From contig VHDE01000008.1 in NCBI GenBank assembly GCA_016871515.1, forward strand, positions 16,829 through 80,828: a stretch of 64,000 nucleotides of DNA, in the 5' to 3' direction. Position 1 is the stretch's first letter; the number at the start of each line of letters is the position of its first letter. The stretch is from Verrucomicrobiota bacterium (GTDB taxonomy: Bacteria > Verrucomicrobiota > Verrucomicrobiia > Limisphaerales > SIBE01). This document shows, piece after piece, positions 17,575 through 26,447 of this stretch. The position numbers and the translations under genes were made by a program. The notes under the pieces were generated by a model. That model did not search any database. It worked only from the letters and a program-made list of their open reading frames with translations, and had not been told where the DNA came from.

Positions 17575-18465
17575 CTAATTCCGCAAAGATTGATCGGCGG
17601 CTCGGACCGTGTTTGCCATTAACAGCGCGATGGTCATTGGTCCGACTCCGCCAGGATTTGGTGTGATCTTTCCAGCTTTCGGCTTCACGCGCGCGAAGTC
17701 TACATCTCCAACCAGTCGAGTGCCTGCCTTGGCGCTGGCGTCGGCGACGCGATTAACTCCGACATCAATGACCGTGGCGCCAGGTTTCACCATGTCCGCT
17801 TTGAGAAACCCGGCGACGCCGATGGCAGCGATAATGATATCGGCGCGCCGGCAATGCTCAGCCGTGTTCCGGCTCTGTGAGTGGCATAATGTAATGGTCG
17901 CGTTCGCATGACGCGCCTTTTGCAGCAGCAGAGCGGCCATCGGCTTGCCAACGATATTGCCTCTCCCCAGAATCACGACTTCTGCGCCCTCGATTGGAAC
18001 ATGACTCCGAATGAGCAACTCATGAACGCCAGCTGGAGTGCAAGGCACAAACCCCGTCCGATCGCCCAGCAAGAGTTTCCCCATGTTCACCGGATGAAAC
18101 CCATCGACGTCTTTGTCCGGCGAAACGGCGGAATAAATCGCCGCAGAGTTGATGTGATTCGGGATGGGTGACTGGACGAGAATGCCGTGAATCTTTGGAT
18201 CGCGATTGAGACGGTCGATGACTTTGAGCAACTCGCTCTCGGTGGTTTTTTCAGAAAACACTTGGGTGCTTGATTGGATTCCCAAGCGTGAGCTCACGCG
18301 TTCCTTCATTCCGACGTAAACTTGCGAGGCTGGATCTTCGCCGACGCGAACGAAGACTAGACCTGGCTGCAGACCGCGCGTTTTTAGAGCGGCGATGCGT
18401 TGAGCTGTTTCCTGATGAATCAGTTCGGCGATGGCGCGACCGTCGATAAGATTGTCAGGCGACAT
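17575..18465 (-). CDS. folD: Methylenetetrahydrofolate dehydrogenase/cyclohydrolase
   Basis: DPASQVYVGMK, KDVDGF, PCTP, GRGNIVGKP, PGGVGPMT. Confidence 0.96.
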   Translation of the reverse strand: MSPDNLIDGRAIAELIHQETAQRIAALKTRGLQPGLVFVRVGEDPASQVYVGMKERVSSRLGIQSSTQVFSEKTTESELLKVIDRLNRDPKIHGILVQSPIPNHINSAAIYSAVSPDKDVDGFHPVNMGKLLLGDRTGFVPCTPAGVHELLIRSHVPIEGAEVVILGRGNIVGKPMAALLLQKARHANATITLCHSQSRNTAEHCRRADIIIAAIGVAGFLKADMVKPGATVIDVGVNRVADASAKAGTRLVGDVDFARVKPKAGKITPNPGGVGPMTIALLMANTVRAADQSLRN

Positions 18466-18521
18466 TCAGGGAGAACCTCGATGTTTTTGTAACACGCACA
18501 GGGACGATAAACCATTGCGGT

Positions 18522-18590
18522 GGTAGGGCGGCGTTGCTGCGCCGCCAACATCGGGGGGTTGACAAGGCGGCGCAGCAACGCCGCCCTACC
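18522..18590. repeat. GTAG-family REP doublet with a perfect 25-bp inverted repeat
   Basis: GGTAGGGCGGCGTTGCTGCGCCGCC-19 nt-GGCGGCGCAGCAACGCCGCCCTACC. Confidence 0.85.
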
Positions 18591-18597
18591 TTCCGAT

Positions 18598-19623
18598 TCA
18601 TGGAGACAACTCGATGGTATCGATTTGGATGAGGGGTGTTTTGGGCCAGCGTGAATCGATGTTTTCCTCGCCCGTGACGACAATTTTCTTGCCTTTGAAA
18701 TCTTTGAGGCTGATTCCGACTTCGTCCGCATGCAGGTAATTGATGACCTTCCGCGTTTCGGGACTAACCAATTCAAAGTAGGTCGGCGCCTGGATGCTTT
18801 TGGTGCTGCGAACGACTCCTTCGCGGCGGACAATGCGTTTGGGCACAGGTTCGGGAGTAGTTGAACTAGCGGCCGTTTTGGCTGTTTCGTCTGACTGCGG
18901 AGGCGGCTGTGTCGAAACCTCGGTGTTGGTCACCGCCGATGCGACAGCTGGAGCCGCGTTAGTCGGTGCATTAGGGATAATGGGTGGTGGTGTTGAGATT
19001 ACCGGGGGCGTAACGATTTCCGCTTTTGGCGGCTGCGTCGATTCAGCTGGCGGGACAGGGCGGATGTCCGTCGCGCGGGGCTGCTGGGTTTCTGCGGCAA
19101 CGGACGGCGGAGCTGGCTTTTCGAGAACGTTCGGTGCGGCGTTCGCCTGTGATCTGGCGAGCAAGTTGGCGGCGACAAACGCATAGGCCCCGCGTGGAGT
19201 TTCAATTTCCATCCATTCGTCAACCGTCCGAATTTCTTTCACTGTATCCCCCTTTTCGAGACGTCCGACGACGCTGTAATTCTCCCCTGGGCCTGCGCGG
19301 AGATTCAAGCGAGGCACATTGACGGTCTTATTGGCAGAGTCAATGAAAGTGGCAAAGACCCAAACCGGGGTATTGGCCGGCATTTGAATGCGCAGCCATT
19401 TCGCGGGTTCGTCAGGCCTCGGCTTTGCGAGCGTCATTTCTTCAAGGATCGTGACCTTGTCGCCCTTTTGAAGCTGGGTGATGACTTCTCCGAAAAGGGA
19501 AGCCTGGCCCCGTACGTTAATTCGATTCTCCGTTACAATGGCGGTCTCCTCGGCTGCGAATGAGTCAAGGAATGCCCCGGCAATAATCAACGCCAGCCAG
19601 ATTGAAGGCTGAAATGTTTTCAT
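18598..19623 (-). CDS. Secreted protein with two bacterial SH3 domains, a Pro-rich linker and a C-terminal beta domain
   Basis: Signal peptide from Met at 19623; INVRGQAS..QLQKGD..W and LNLRAGPGENYSVVGRLEKGD..W..AFV. Confidence 0.85.
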   Translation of the reverse strand: MKTFQPSIWLALIIAGAFLDSFAAEETAIVTENRINVRGQASLFGEVITQLQKGDKVTILEEMTLAKPRPDEPAKWLRIQMPANTPVWVFATFIDSANKTVNVPRLNLRAGPGENYSVVGRLEKGDTVKEIRTVDEWMEIETPRGAYAFVAANLLARSQANAAPNVLEKPAPPSVAAETQQPRATDIRPVPPAESTQPPKAEIVTPPVISTPPPIIPNAPTNAAPAVASAVTNTEVSTQPPPQSDETAKTAASSTTPEPVPKRIVRREGVVRSTKSIQAPTYFELVSPETRKVINYLHADEVGISLKDFKGKKIVVTGEENIDSRWPKTPLIQIDTIELSP

Positions 19624-19658
19624 AACATCATGTTTCGGATTCCGAACTCGAAGCCTAC

Positions 19659-20396
19659 TCAAGCAGGGCCATCTGTCGCGCCGCTTGGCAGTAGAGATTT
19701 TATTTCTGGTTCTGTCAATGTTCTCCATTTTCCGGTCGGCAATTCGCCTAATTTGATGGGGCCGATCTGCACGCGTTGGAGGCGTGTTACGACCAGCCGC
19801 TGACTTTCGAACAACCGGCGCACTTCACGGTTCTTCCCTTCGGTGAGCTCAATTTCCACTATGCTTTGGGAATTGTTGCGCCGGATAATGCGCGTTCTCT
19901 CCGCCTTCAGTTTCTCTCCGTCATGAGTGACACCTCGGGTCATGGCGGCTAGTTGCTCAACTTCCACTGGTCCCTCCAGAGTCACGAGATATTTCTTGCG
20001 CACTTGAAACCGGGGGTGGGTTAGCCGCAAAGAGAATTGGCCGTCATTGGTTAAAAAAATGAGACCCTCGCTGTTAAAGTCCAAGCGGCCGACTGTAAAA
20101 AGGTTCGTCCATTCCTTGGGCAAAAGTTTGCTGACAGATTGACGTTCCAGCGGATCGTAGCGTGAGCAGATATAACCGCGAGGTTTGTTCAAGGCGACGT
20201 ATAGTTTGCGTTTGAGCCTGACTAAGTGTCCATCAACGGAAACCTGATCGTGGGCAGGATCGACCTTCGAGCCAAGTTCACGAAGCACGCGGCCATTAAC
20301 AGCAACGCGTCCGTCCTGAATGATCTTTTCACTGGCGCGTCGCGAGGCTACACCGGCTTCTGCCAGATATTTTTGCAGGCGGACACTCATGGTCAT
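19659..20396 (-). CDS. rRNA pseudouridine synthase, RsuA/RluB family with S4 domain
   Basis: RLQKYLAEAGVASRR, LNKPRG, VGRLD, EGKNREVRR. Confidence 0.93.
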   Translation of the reverse strand: MTMSVRLQKYLAEAGVASRRASEKIIQDGRVAVNGRVLRELGSKVDPAHDQVSVDGHLVRLKRKLYVALNKPRGYICSRYDPLERQSVSKLLPKEWTNLFTVGRLDFNSEGLIFLTNDGQFSLRLTHPRFQVRKKYLVTLEGPVEVEQLAAMTRGVTHDGEKLKAERTRIIRRNNSQSIVEIELTEGKNREVRRLFESQRLVVTRLQRVQIGPIKLGELPTGKWRTLTEPEIKSLLPSGATDGPA

Positions 20397-20487
20397 GGAC
20401 CGAAGGCCGGGAGGTTAGCGCAGGATTGGCGTTCGCACGGCCGATTTCGCAGAGTGCATTTGATGTTCTGCCAGACGCCCTCGAGAA

Positions 20488-20643
20488 TTACGCTTCACCC
20501 TTTGTCTTGCGAAGGCCGGTGACGCGGTCGCCTGGCTTCCACTGGCCGCGTTTCTTCAGCAGTTCGACGCGCTCAAACCGTTTGAGGACGTTGCGTTTGG
20601 CGCCAAGAGCGCTTGTGCCCCGCAGGCTGGAATGTTGTGACAT
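20488..20643 (-). CDS. PVC-superphylum small basic signature protein (51 aa)
   Basis: Manual translation MSQHSSLRGTSALGAKRNVLKRFERVELLKKRGQWKPGDRVTGLRKTKGEA; below the ORF-track size cutoff. Confidence 0.88.
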   Translation of the reverse strand: MSQHSSLRGTSALGAKRNVLKRFERVELLKKRGQWKPGDRVTGLRKTKGEA

Positions 20644-20814
20644 AAGTCCGGTTCTCTTTCGTTGTTAAATTGTTATGTGTAAGCCGCCTCATTTTTGCGG
20701 CGGCCAAGACCTGTAACATATCATGCCGTTGCGTGCCAATGGTAATTCGCGGCGCGGCACGCGGGCCACGCGGGCGCATTTTGAGACCAACACCGGCCGG
20801 AGCGCGCCGTTTTC

Positions 20815-20949
20815 GTAACGCAGAGTTTCACTCTGCTGTATCGCGGCTTTTCAATCCGCAAGGCTTCCGCCATGACCAGACGCGCTCGACAACACGAAGT
20901 CCGTGCCGACTGAAAGTCGGCGATACGGGAGACGAGAAGTCTGCGCTGC
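20815..20949. mobile_element. 135-bp palindromic element, copy 2 (right arm decayed)
   Basis: GTAACGCAGAGTTTCACTCTGCTGTATCGC...GCCGACTGAAAGTCGGCGATAC...AAGTCTGCGCTGC; left arm 29/30 identical to copy 1. Confidence 0.78.
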
Positions 20950-21008
20950 GACCAGAGCGCCAAGAACGATTCGACATGGCGAGCGAGCCGACTTAGGCTA
21001 CGCAAGCC

Positions 21009-22031
21009 GTGAAACCGCTGACCTCTTACACGTGCGAACTGACAAATCTTCAGGGGAAAACCTTGTTGGCCTCCTTGCGCGCCCAGGAATACAACTTCCG
21101 AGAAGTCCCGTACGCGCAGTTCGCCGCCAGCAAAGGGCCGGTTAACATTGTTCTGTACGAAAGTGGCAAGCTGGTTGTGCAAGGAAAGGGCACGCAGGAA
21201 TTTGTTGAATTCGTCTTGGAACCGCAAATCCTTGGCGAAGCGCGGCTGGGATACGAAGCGATTTTGAACCCTGAAATTCTTTTGCCGCGACTGGGCGTTG
21301 ACGAAAGTGGCAAGGGCGATTTCTTTGGACCACTTTGCATTGCGGGCGCTTACGTTAATGAGAATGTGGTCAACGCGTGGCGGGATTCGGGCATTCGGGA
21401 TTCGAAAAACATTTCGAGCGACAAGAAGATGGCGGCTCTGGCGAAACTGATCCGAGAAACGCCCGGTTGCATCAGCACGGTTGTTCCAATTGGCAACGAG
21501 GCTTACAATCGGCTCTACAAGAACATGCGCAGTGTCAACTCTCTACTCGCTTGGGGCCACGCGCGTGTGATTGAGAATCTGATGCTGCAAAAGCATCGCA
21601 TGAATCCGCAGCCGGTGCGGGCGATTAGCGACCAATTTGCTGCGGACAAAAACACGGTGGCAAGCGCGCTCATGGGACTGGGCAAGAAGATCGAACTGGT
21701 CCAGAGGCACAAGGCCGAAGCAGATTTAGCCGTCGCAGCCGCTTCAATCCTAGCCCGGCACGAGTTTGTGACGCGTTTGGAGAAGCTTGGGCAAGAATTT
21801 GGAATGGCTCTTCCGAAGGGCGCGTCGGCGGCGGTCGATGCAGCCGCAAAGGAATTTGTCGTCCGACACGGAGCGGAGAATCTGCCGAAGGTTGCGAAAA
21901 TGCATTTTCGAACTGCGAACCGGGCGCAAGGTCTGCCGGAACCTGAAAGGAGGGTGTGGCAACGTCCTTCCTCTAATTCTAATGAACGAACGAAAATTCC
22001 GAAAATTCAAGAAAGCGGAGAAAACCATTGA
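21009..22031 (+). CDS. rnhC: Ribonuclease HIII
   Basis: N-terminal TBP-like domain (YESGKLVVQGKG), GVDESGKGDFFGPL, RDSK, DQF, AVAAASILAR, KMHF. Confidence 0.93.
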   Translation: MKPLTSYTCELTNLQGKTLLASLRAQEYNFREVPYAQFAASKGPVNIVLYESGKLVVQGKGTQEFVEFVLEPQILGEARLGYEAILNPEILLPRLGVDESGKGDFFGPLCIAGAYVNENVVNAWRDSGIRDSKNISSDKKMAALAKLIRETPGCISTVVPIGNEAYNRLYKNMRSVNSLLAWGHARVIENLMLQKHRMNPQPVRAISDQFAADKNTVASALMGLGKKIELVQRHKAEADLAVAAASILARHEFVTRLEKLGQEFGMALPKGASAAVDAAAKEFVVRHGAENLPKVAKMHFRTANRAQGLPEPERRVWQRPSSNSNERTKIPKIQESGENH

Positions 22032-22057
22032 CACAATGAGAGCCGCTTTTATATGCT
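22028..22057 (+). promoter_or_regulatory. Sigma70-type promoter for the tRNA-Thr/tuf operon
   Basis: TTGACA (22028-22033), 18-nt spacer, TATGCT. Confidence 0.55.
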
Positions 22058-22192
22058 GCGTAAGTTAGTTCGGTCGTGAAAGACTAAGAAGCCGGCAATC
22101 CCATAAGCTTTCCGAAGAAGAAATTGGGGTTTGTGGGTTTTTTGTCGTTTTTGGGTGTCAGGATCGAGAATTCTGAGTGTGGTTTGACTATT

Positions 22193-22268
22193 GCCCATGT
22201 AGCTCAGCCGGCAGAGCGCGTCCTTGGTAAGGACGAGGTCATCAGTTCAATCCTGATCATGGGCTCCA
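22193..22268 (+). tRNA. tRNA-Thr(GGT)
   Basis: Cloverleaf GCCCATG...CATGGGC-T-CCA; anticodon loop TTGGTAA; GTTCAA T-loop. Confidence 0.96.
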
Positions 22269-22309
22269 TTTGTCCGAAAGAAGAAACTATTTAAAACCAG
22301 GAATACGCA

Positions 22310-23500
22310 ATGGCAAAAGAAGCCTTTCAAAGAACAAAGCCACACGTAAATGTGGGTACGATTGGTCACGTTGATCATGGCAAATCAACTCTCACCGCCG
22401 CAATTGTCGCGGTCCAATCTCGAAAAGGATTGGCGAAGCCGATCTCATACGCGGATATTACCAAGGGCGGGACTGTTCGCGATGCAACCAAGACGGTGAC
22501 TATCGCTGTCTCGCACGTGGAATACGAGAGCGACACGAGGCACTATGCTCACGTCGACTGTCCGGGCCATGCGGATTATGTGAAGAACATGATTACAGGC
22601 GCGGCGCAGATGGACGGCGCCATTTTAGTCGTGAGTGCCGCGGACGGGCCAATGCCACAAACGCGCGAACACATTCTTTTGGCGCGTCAGGTTGGTGTTC
22701 CTGCCGTCGTGGTTTATCTGAACAAGATCGATTTAGTGGACGATCCAGAGTTGCTGGAGTTGGTTGAGATGGAAATCCGCGACTTGCTGAACAAATACCA
22801 GTTTCCTGGGGATACGACGCCAGTGGTTCGAGGGAGTTCGAGCGCTGCCTTGGCTGGAAAACCTGAGGGTGAGAAATCGATTCAGGATCTGATGAATGCC
22901 ATTGATGCGGCGATCCCGCTTCCAACGCGTGAAGTGGATAAACCATTTCTGATGTGTATTGAAGACGTATTCAATATTGAAGGCCGCGGAACCGTGGTAA
23001 CTGGTCGCGTGGAGCGTGGCGAATTGAACAAGATGTCTGACGTTGAGATTGTTGGCTTGCGTGAGACGCGCAAGACAGTAGCGACGGACATTGAAATGTT
23101 CCGCAAACTGCTCGATAAGGCGAGCGCTGGCGATAACGTCGGAGTGCTCCTTCGAGGCACCAAAAAAGATGAGGTGGAACGCGGCATGGTTTTGGCGAAG
23201 CCAGGGAGTATAACTCCGCACACACACTTTAAGGCGGAGGTATATGTGTTGTCTAAAGAGGAAGGCGGGCGGCATACTCCGTTCTTCACCAATTACCGTC
23301 CACAGTTTTATTTCCGGACGAGTGATGTGACCGGAACGATAACCTTGCCGCAAGGCGTGGAAATGGTGATGCCTGGTGATAATGTGGCCTCAGAGATCAA
23401 GCTTATCGCCCCTGTCGCAATGGAAAAGGGCCAGCGATTTGCCATTCGAGAAGGTGGACGGACGATTGGTGCTGGCCGTATCAGTGACATTATTGAGTAG
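22310..23500 (+). CDS. tuf: Elongation factor Tu
   Basis: [35 protein letters not shown]. Confidence 0.98.
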   Translation: MAKEAFQRTKPHVNVGTIGHVDHGKSTLTAAIVAVQSRKGLAKPISYADITKGGTVRDATKTVTIAVSHVEYESDTRHYAHVDCPGHADYVKNMITGAAQMDGAILVVSAADGPMPQTREHILLARQVGVPAVVVYLNKIDLVDDPELLELVEMEIRDLLNKYQFPGDTTPVVRGSSSAALAGKPEGEKSIQDLMNAIDAAIPLPTREVDKPFLMCIEDVFNIEGRGTVVTGRVERGELNKMSDVEIVGLRETRKTVATDIEMFRKLLDKASAGDNVGVLLRGTKKDEVERGMVLAKPGSITPHTHFKAEVYVLSKEEGGRHTPFFTNYRPQFYFRTSDVTGTITLPQGVEMVMPGDNVASEIKLIAPVAMEKGQRFAIREGGRTIGAGRISDIIE

Positions 23501-23527
23501 TACGAACAGCGTGAAAAGGCAATTTGT

Positions 23528-23603
23528 AGGGCGGTAGCTCAATTGGTAGAGTAGCGGTCTCCAAAACCGTCGGTTGTGGGTTCGAGTCCCTCCCGCCCTG
23601 CCA
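23528..23603 (+). tRNA. tRNA-Trp(CCA)
   Basis: AGGGCGG...CCGCCCT-G-CCA; anticodon loop CTCCAAA. Confidence 0.96.
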
Positions 23604-23618
23604 AAAGGGTATCGAGCC

Positions 23619-23707
23619 GGAGGGGTGGCAGAGTGGTCTATCGCGACGGTCTTGAAAACCGTTAAGGCTAAACACCTTCGGGGGTTCGAATCCCTCCCCC
23701 TCCGCCA
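23619..23707 (+). tRNA. tRNA-Ser(TGA)
   Basis: GGAGGGG...CCCCTCC-G-CCA; anticodon loop CTTGAAA; long variable arm. Confidence 0.95.
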
Positions 23708-23716
23708 GATGAATTT

Positions 23717-23977
23717 GTGAATAACGACTTACTGAAACTGTTGATATGGACCGTGGTGGTCGCTGTGGTCTTTGCGATCCTATGGCGTAAGGGCTATCTT
23801 TTGCGTCTTTCGAATTATGTGATCGAGACGCGAGAAGAACTGAGAAAATGCACATGGCCGACGTTGGACGAACTCAGGGGATCGACTGTGGTCGTCATGG
23901 TCACCATCGCTATCTTAGGAGTATTCACGGTAGGCGTGGATTACGTCATATCTCTGCTGATTACGATGATTACGTAG
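23717..23977 (+). CDS. secE: Preprotein translocase subunit SecE
   Basis: ELRKCTWPT motif plus TM helix; located before nusG. Confidence 0.92.
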   Translation: MNNDLLKLLIWTVVVAVVFAILWRKGYLLRLSNYVIETREELRKCTWPTLDELRGSTVVVMVTIAILGVFTVGVDYVISLLITMIT

Positions 23978-23997
23978 AGTTCAATTAATGCTGAGAT

Positions 23998-24546
23998 ATG
24001 CAGAGCCAATGGTTTGTCATTCATACGCTTTCGGGCCAGGAACAGAAGGTCAGAGAAAGCATCGAGAAACGCCTGAAGACCGAGGAGATGGGCGAATACA
24101 TCAAAGAAGTGCTCGTCCCTATGGAGAAGGTTGCCGAAGTCCGCAGTGGGAAAAAAACGGTTACGACCCGCAAACTTTATCCGGGTTACGTTTTTGTGGA
24201 CATGGTGCTTCTGGATGAGAATAAGCGAGTGATTGAAAAGCCGTGGTACTTTATCAGAGAAACTCAGGGGATCATTGGATTTGTGGGCGGTGACCGGCCC
24301 ACGCCAACATCGCGTGATGAAATCGACTCAATCAAAGCGCAGATCTCCGATTCTGAAGATCGAGAGAAACCCAAGGTCTCATTTGAAGTTGGCGAAACGA
24401 TTAAGATTAATGACGGGCCATTCTTGAATTTCAGCGGCGTTATTGAAGAAATCGAACCGGATCGCGGCAAACTTAAAGTGACGGTAAATATCTTCGGCCG
24501 TAATACACCGGTCGAACTGGAATACTGGCAAGTAGAAAAAGCTTAA
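23998..24546 (+). CDS. nusG: Transcription termination/antitermination factor NusG
   Basis: [21 protein letters not shown] motif [14 protein letters not shown]. Confidence 0.97.
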   Translation: MQSQWFVIHTLSGQEQKVRESIEKRLKTEEMGEYIKEVLVPMEKVAEVRSGKKTVTTRKLYPGYVFVDMVLLDENKRVIEKPWYFIRETQGIIGFVGGDRPTPTSRDEIDSIKAQISDSEDREKPKVSFEVGETIKINDGPFLNFSGVIEEIEPDRGKLKVTVNIFGRNTPVELEYWQVEKA

Positions 24547-24553
24547 GCATTTT

Positions 24554-24979
24554 ATGGCGAAGAAGATTGTTGGACAGATCAAACTGCAGATCCCTGCAGG
24601 GCAAGCGAACCCGGCCCCGCCGGTGGGGCCCGCCTTAGGGCAGCAGGGGGTCAATATCATGGCATTTTGCAAAGAGTTTAATGCCACTACCAAAGACCAA
24701 GCAGGAATGATTATTCCGGTTGTCATCACGGTCTATCAGGATAAGTCATTCACCTTTATTACGAAATCGCCGCCCGCCTCGGTCCTGTTAAAAAAGGCGG
24801 CCGGAATTGCCTCAGGCTCGAAAACGCCAAATAAGGAGACCGTGGGTAAAGTCACTCGCAAGCAAGTGATGGATATCGTGAAGCTCAAATTGAAGGATTT
24901 GAATGCTACCGACGAGGAGGCCGCATTTCGCGTGGTGGCAGGGACCGCGCGAAGCATGGGAATCGAAGTCCAAGGCTAG
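24554..24979 (+). CDS. rplK: 50S ribosomal protein L11
   Basis: [20 protein letters not shown]. Confidence 0.98.
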   Translation: MAKKIVGQIKLQIPAGQANPAPPVGPALGQQGVNIMAFCKEFNATTKDQAGMIIPVVITVYQDKSFTFITKSPPASVLLKKAAGIASGSKTPNKETVGKVTRKQVMDIVKLKLKDLNATDEEAAFRVVAGTARSMGIEVQG

Positions 24980-25001
24980 GCTTCGAATTGTAACCGTTAA
25001 C

Positions 25002-25030
25002 GCGGGAGAGTTCGCGCTCGTTCGCACCGC
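25002..25030 (+). promoter_or_regulatory. Putative L1-binding autoregulatory mRNA site before rplA
   Basis: GCGG-GAG...A-CCGC hairpin with an asymmetric internal loop, resembling the GGGAG...ACC L1 target. Confidence 0.55.
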
Positions 25031-25041
25031 ACAAATCACTA

Positions 25042-25740
25042 ATGCCAAGCAAACGCTACAAAAAAGCTCTTGAGATGGTGGAAAGCCAGAAGGCTTATCC
25101 ATTGAAATCGGCCATCGAAGTCCTTCGGAAATTCCCGAAGGCTAAGTTCAACGAAACCGTTGAGTTGGCTTTCCGACTCGGGGTAGATCCAAAACAATCG
25201 GACCAAATGGTGCGGGGCACGGTTCCTTTGCCACATGGCAGCGGCAAGACAGTGCGAGTACTGGTCTTTGCCAAAAATGGAGCTGCCGCCGATGCGGCTC
25301 GTGCTGCGGGCGCCGAGCATGTTGGTTATGACGACATGATTAAGAAATGCACCGAAGGGTGGACTGATTTTGACGTTGCCATCGCCACTCCTGAAGCAAT
25401 GGCCGAAGTGCGAAAGCTTGGCAAGGTCCTGGGTCCTCGTGGTTTAATGCCAAATCCAAAGACCGGCACGGTCACTGAAGATACAGCGAAAGCTGTTAAG
25501 GAAGTTAAGGCCGGACGAGTTGAGTTTAAGATCGACAAAGCGGGAAATGTGCATGTGCCCGTTGGGAAGGTTTCATTCACGCCAGACCAAATCGCAGATA
25601 ATGCGCGATCAGTGATTGAAGCGGTATCGAAGGCTCGTCCTTCCAGTGTGAAAGGTGTTTTCATCCAAAGTTGCACTTTGTCTGCGACAATGAGCCCTCC
25701 GGTCCTCCTGGACCTCCGAGAGTTCGTGGCCGCCGCTTAA
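25042..25740 (+). CDS. rplA: 50S ribosomal protein L1
   Basis: LGVDP, LPHGSGK, LGPRGLMPNPKTGTV. Confidence 0.98.
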   Translation: MPSKRYKKALEMVESQKAYPLKSAIEVLRKFPKAKFNETVELAFRLGVDPKQSDQMVRGTVPLPHGSGKTVRVLVFAKNGAAADAARAAGAEHVGYDDMIKKCTEGWTDFDVAIATPEAMAEVRKLGKVLGPRGLMPNPKTGTVTEDTAKAVKEVKAGRVEFKIDKAGNVHVPVGKVSFTPDQIADNARSVIEAVSKARPSSVKGVFIQSCTLSATMSPPVLLDLREFVAAA

Positions 25741-25765
25741 ACCAAACCTTCTTTTAGAAAAATAC

Positions 25766-26275
25766 ATGCGAGCTGAGAAACAATTCATTGGCAATGAGTA
25801 CTTAGGGCGGTTGAACGCCTCGCCATTCTTCATCATTGTGGATTATCGCGGGCTAACGGTTGGGCATTTCACGGAACTGCGCAAGCGCCTGAAAAAGGCG
25901 GGCGGCGAGATTCATGTGGTGAAGAACTCGATTTTCCGAATCGTGGCGAAAGAGGCTGGCGTCTCCGATCTCAAAGGAAGCTTGGCGGGACAACTTGCTG
26001 TGGTGACGGGCCAGCGTGACATTTCGGCAACTGCCAAAGTCATCAAAACATTTCAGGCTGAATTCGATAAGCCTAAAGCCAGATTCGGCTATCTCAATAA
26101 TCAACGACTCGAAACTGCTGACCTTGTGGCGTTGGCCGATTTGCCGTCGATTGAGGTTCTTCGGAGCAAATTGCTCGGCGTTCTCAAGGCGCCCGCAGGC
26201 CAACTAGTCCGCCTGTTGAACACGCCAGCCACGCAATTAACTCGCGTGCTGCAGGCCCGGGTAGAAAAAGGTTAG
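25766..26275 (+). CDS. rplJ: 50S ribosomal protein L10
   Basis: DYRGLTV, VVKN, LADLPS; synteny. Confidence 0.96.
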   Translation: MRAEKQFIGNEYLGRLNASPFFIIVDYRGLTVGHFTELRKRLKKAGGEIHVVKNSIFRIVAKEAGVSDLKGSLAGQLAVVTGQRDISATAKVIKTFQAEFDKPKARFGYLNNQRLETADLVALADLPSIEVLRSKLLGVLKAPAGQLVRLLNTPATQLTRVLQARVEKG

Positions 26276-26379
26276 TCCTTTGCGGTCGAGTTTCGGAACG
26301 CTGGAGCTATTCCAGAAGGGTTTAACAATTTCCGCGCCGGCAATTAGCGGTGCGGAAGCACAAGACAAAACAAAGTAAA

Positions 26380-26433
26380 TCGTCGGTTCGCGGGCTGCGA
26401 ACTTAAAACTTCCTTAGCTGAGGAAGACGACGA
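26380..26433 (+). promoter_or_regulatory. Predicted three-way-junction RNA in the rplL leader
   Basis: P1 TCGTCG/CGACGA enclosing GTTCGC/GCGAAC, a TTAAAA linker and CTTCCT/AGGAAG. Confidence 0.55.
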
Positions 26434-26447
26434 GACTGAAAGGTAAT

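Noticed and set aside
17406-20949. CRISPR-like interpretation of the repeated palindromes with variable cores
   Set aside because: Copies are dispersed and arranged as inverted arms, not tandem direct repeats with spacers; no cas genes are present.
22193-23707. tRNA genes as integration sites for a prophage or island
   Set aside because: No integrase, no duplicated tRNA 3' end was noticed, and the flanks are core genes.
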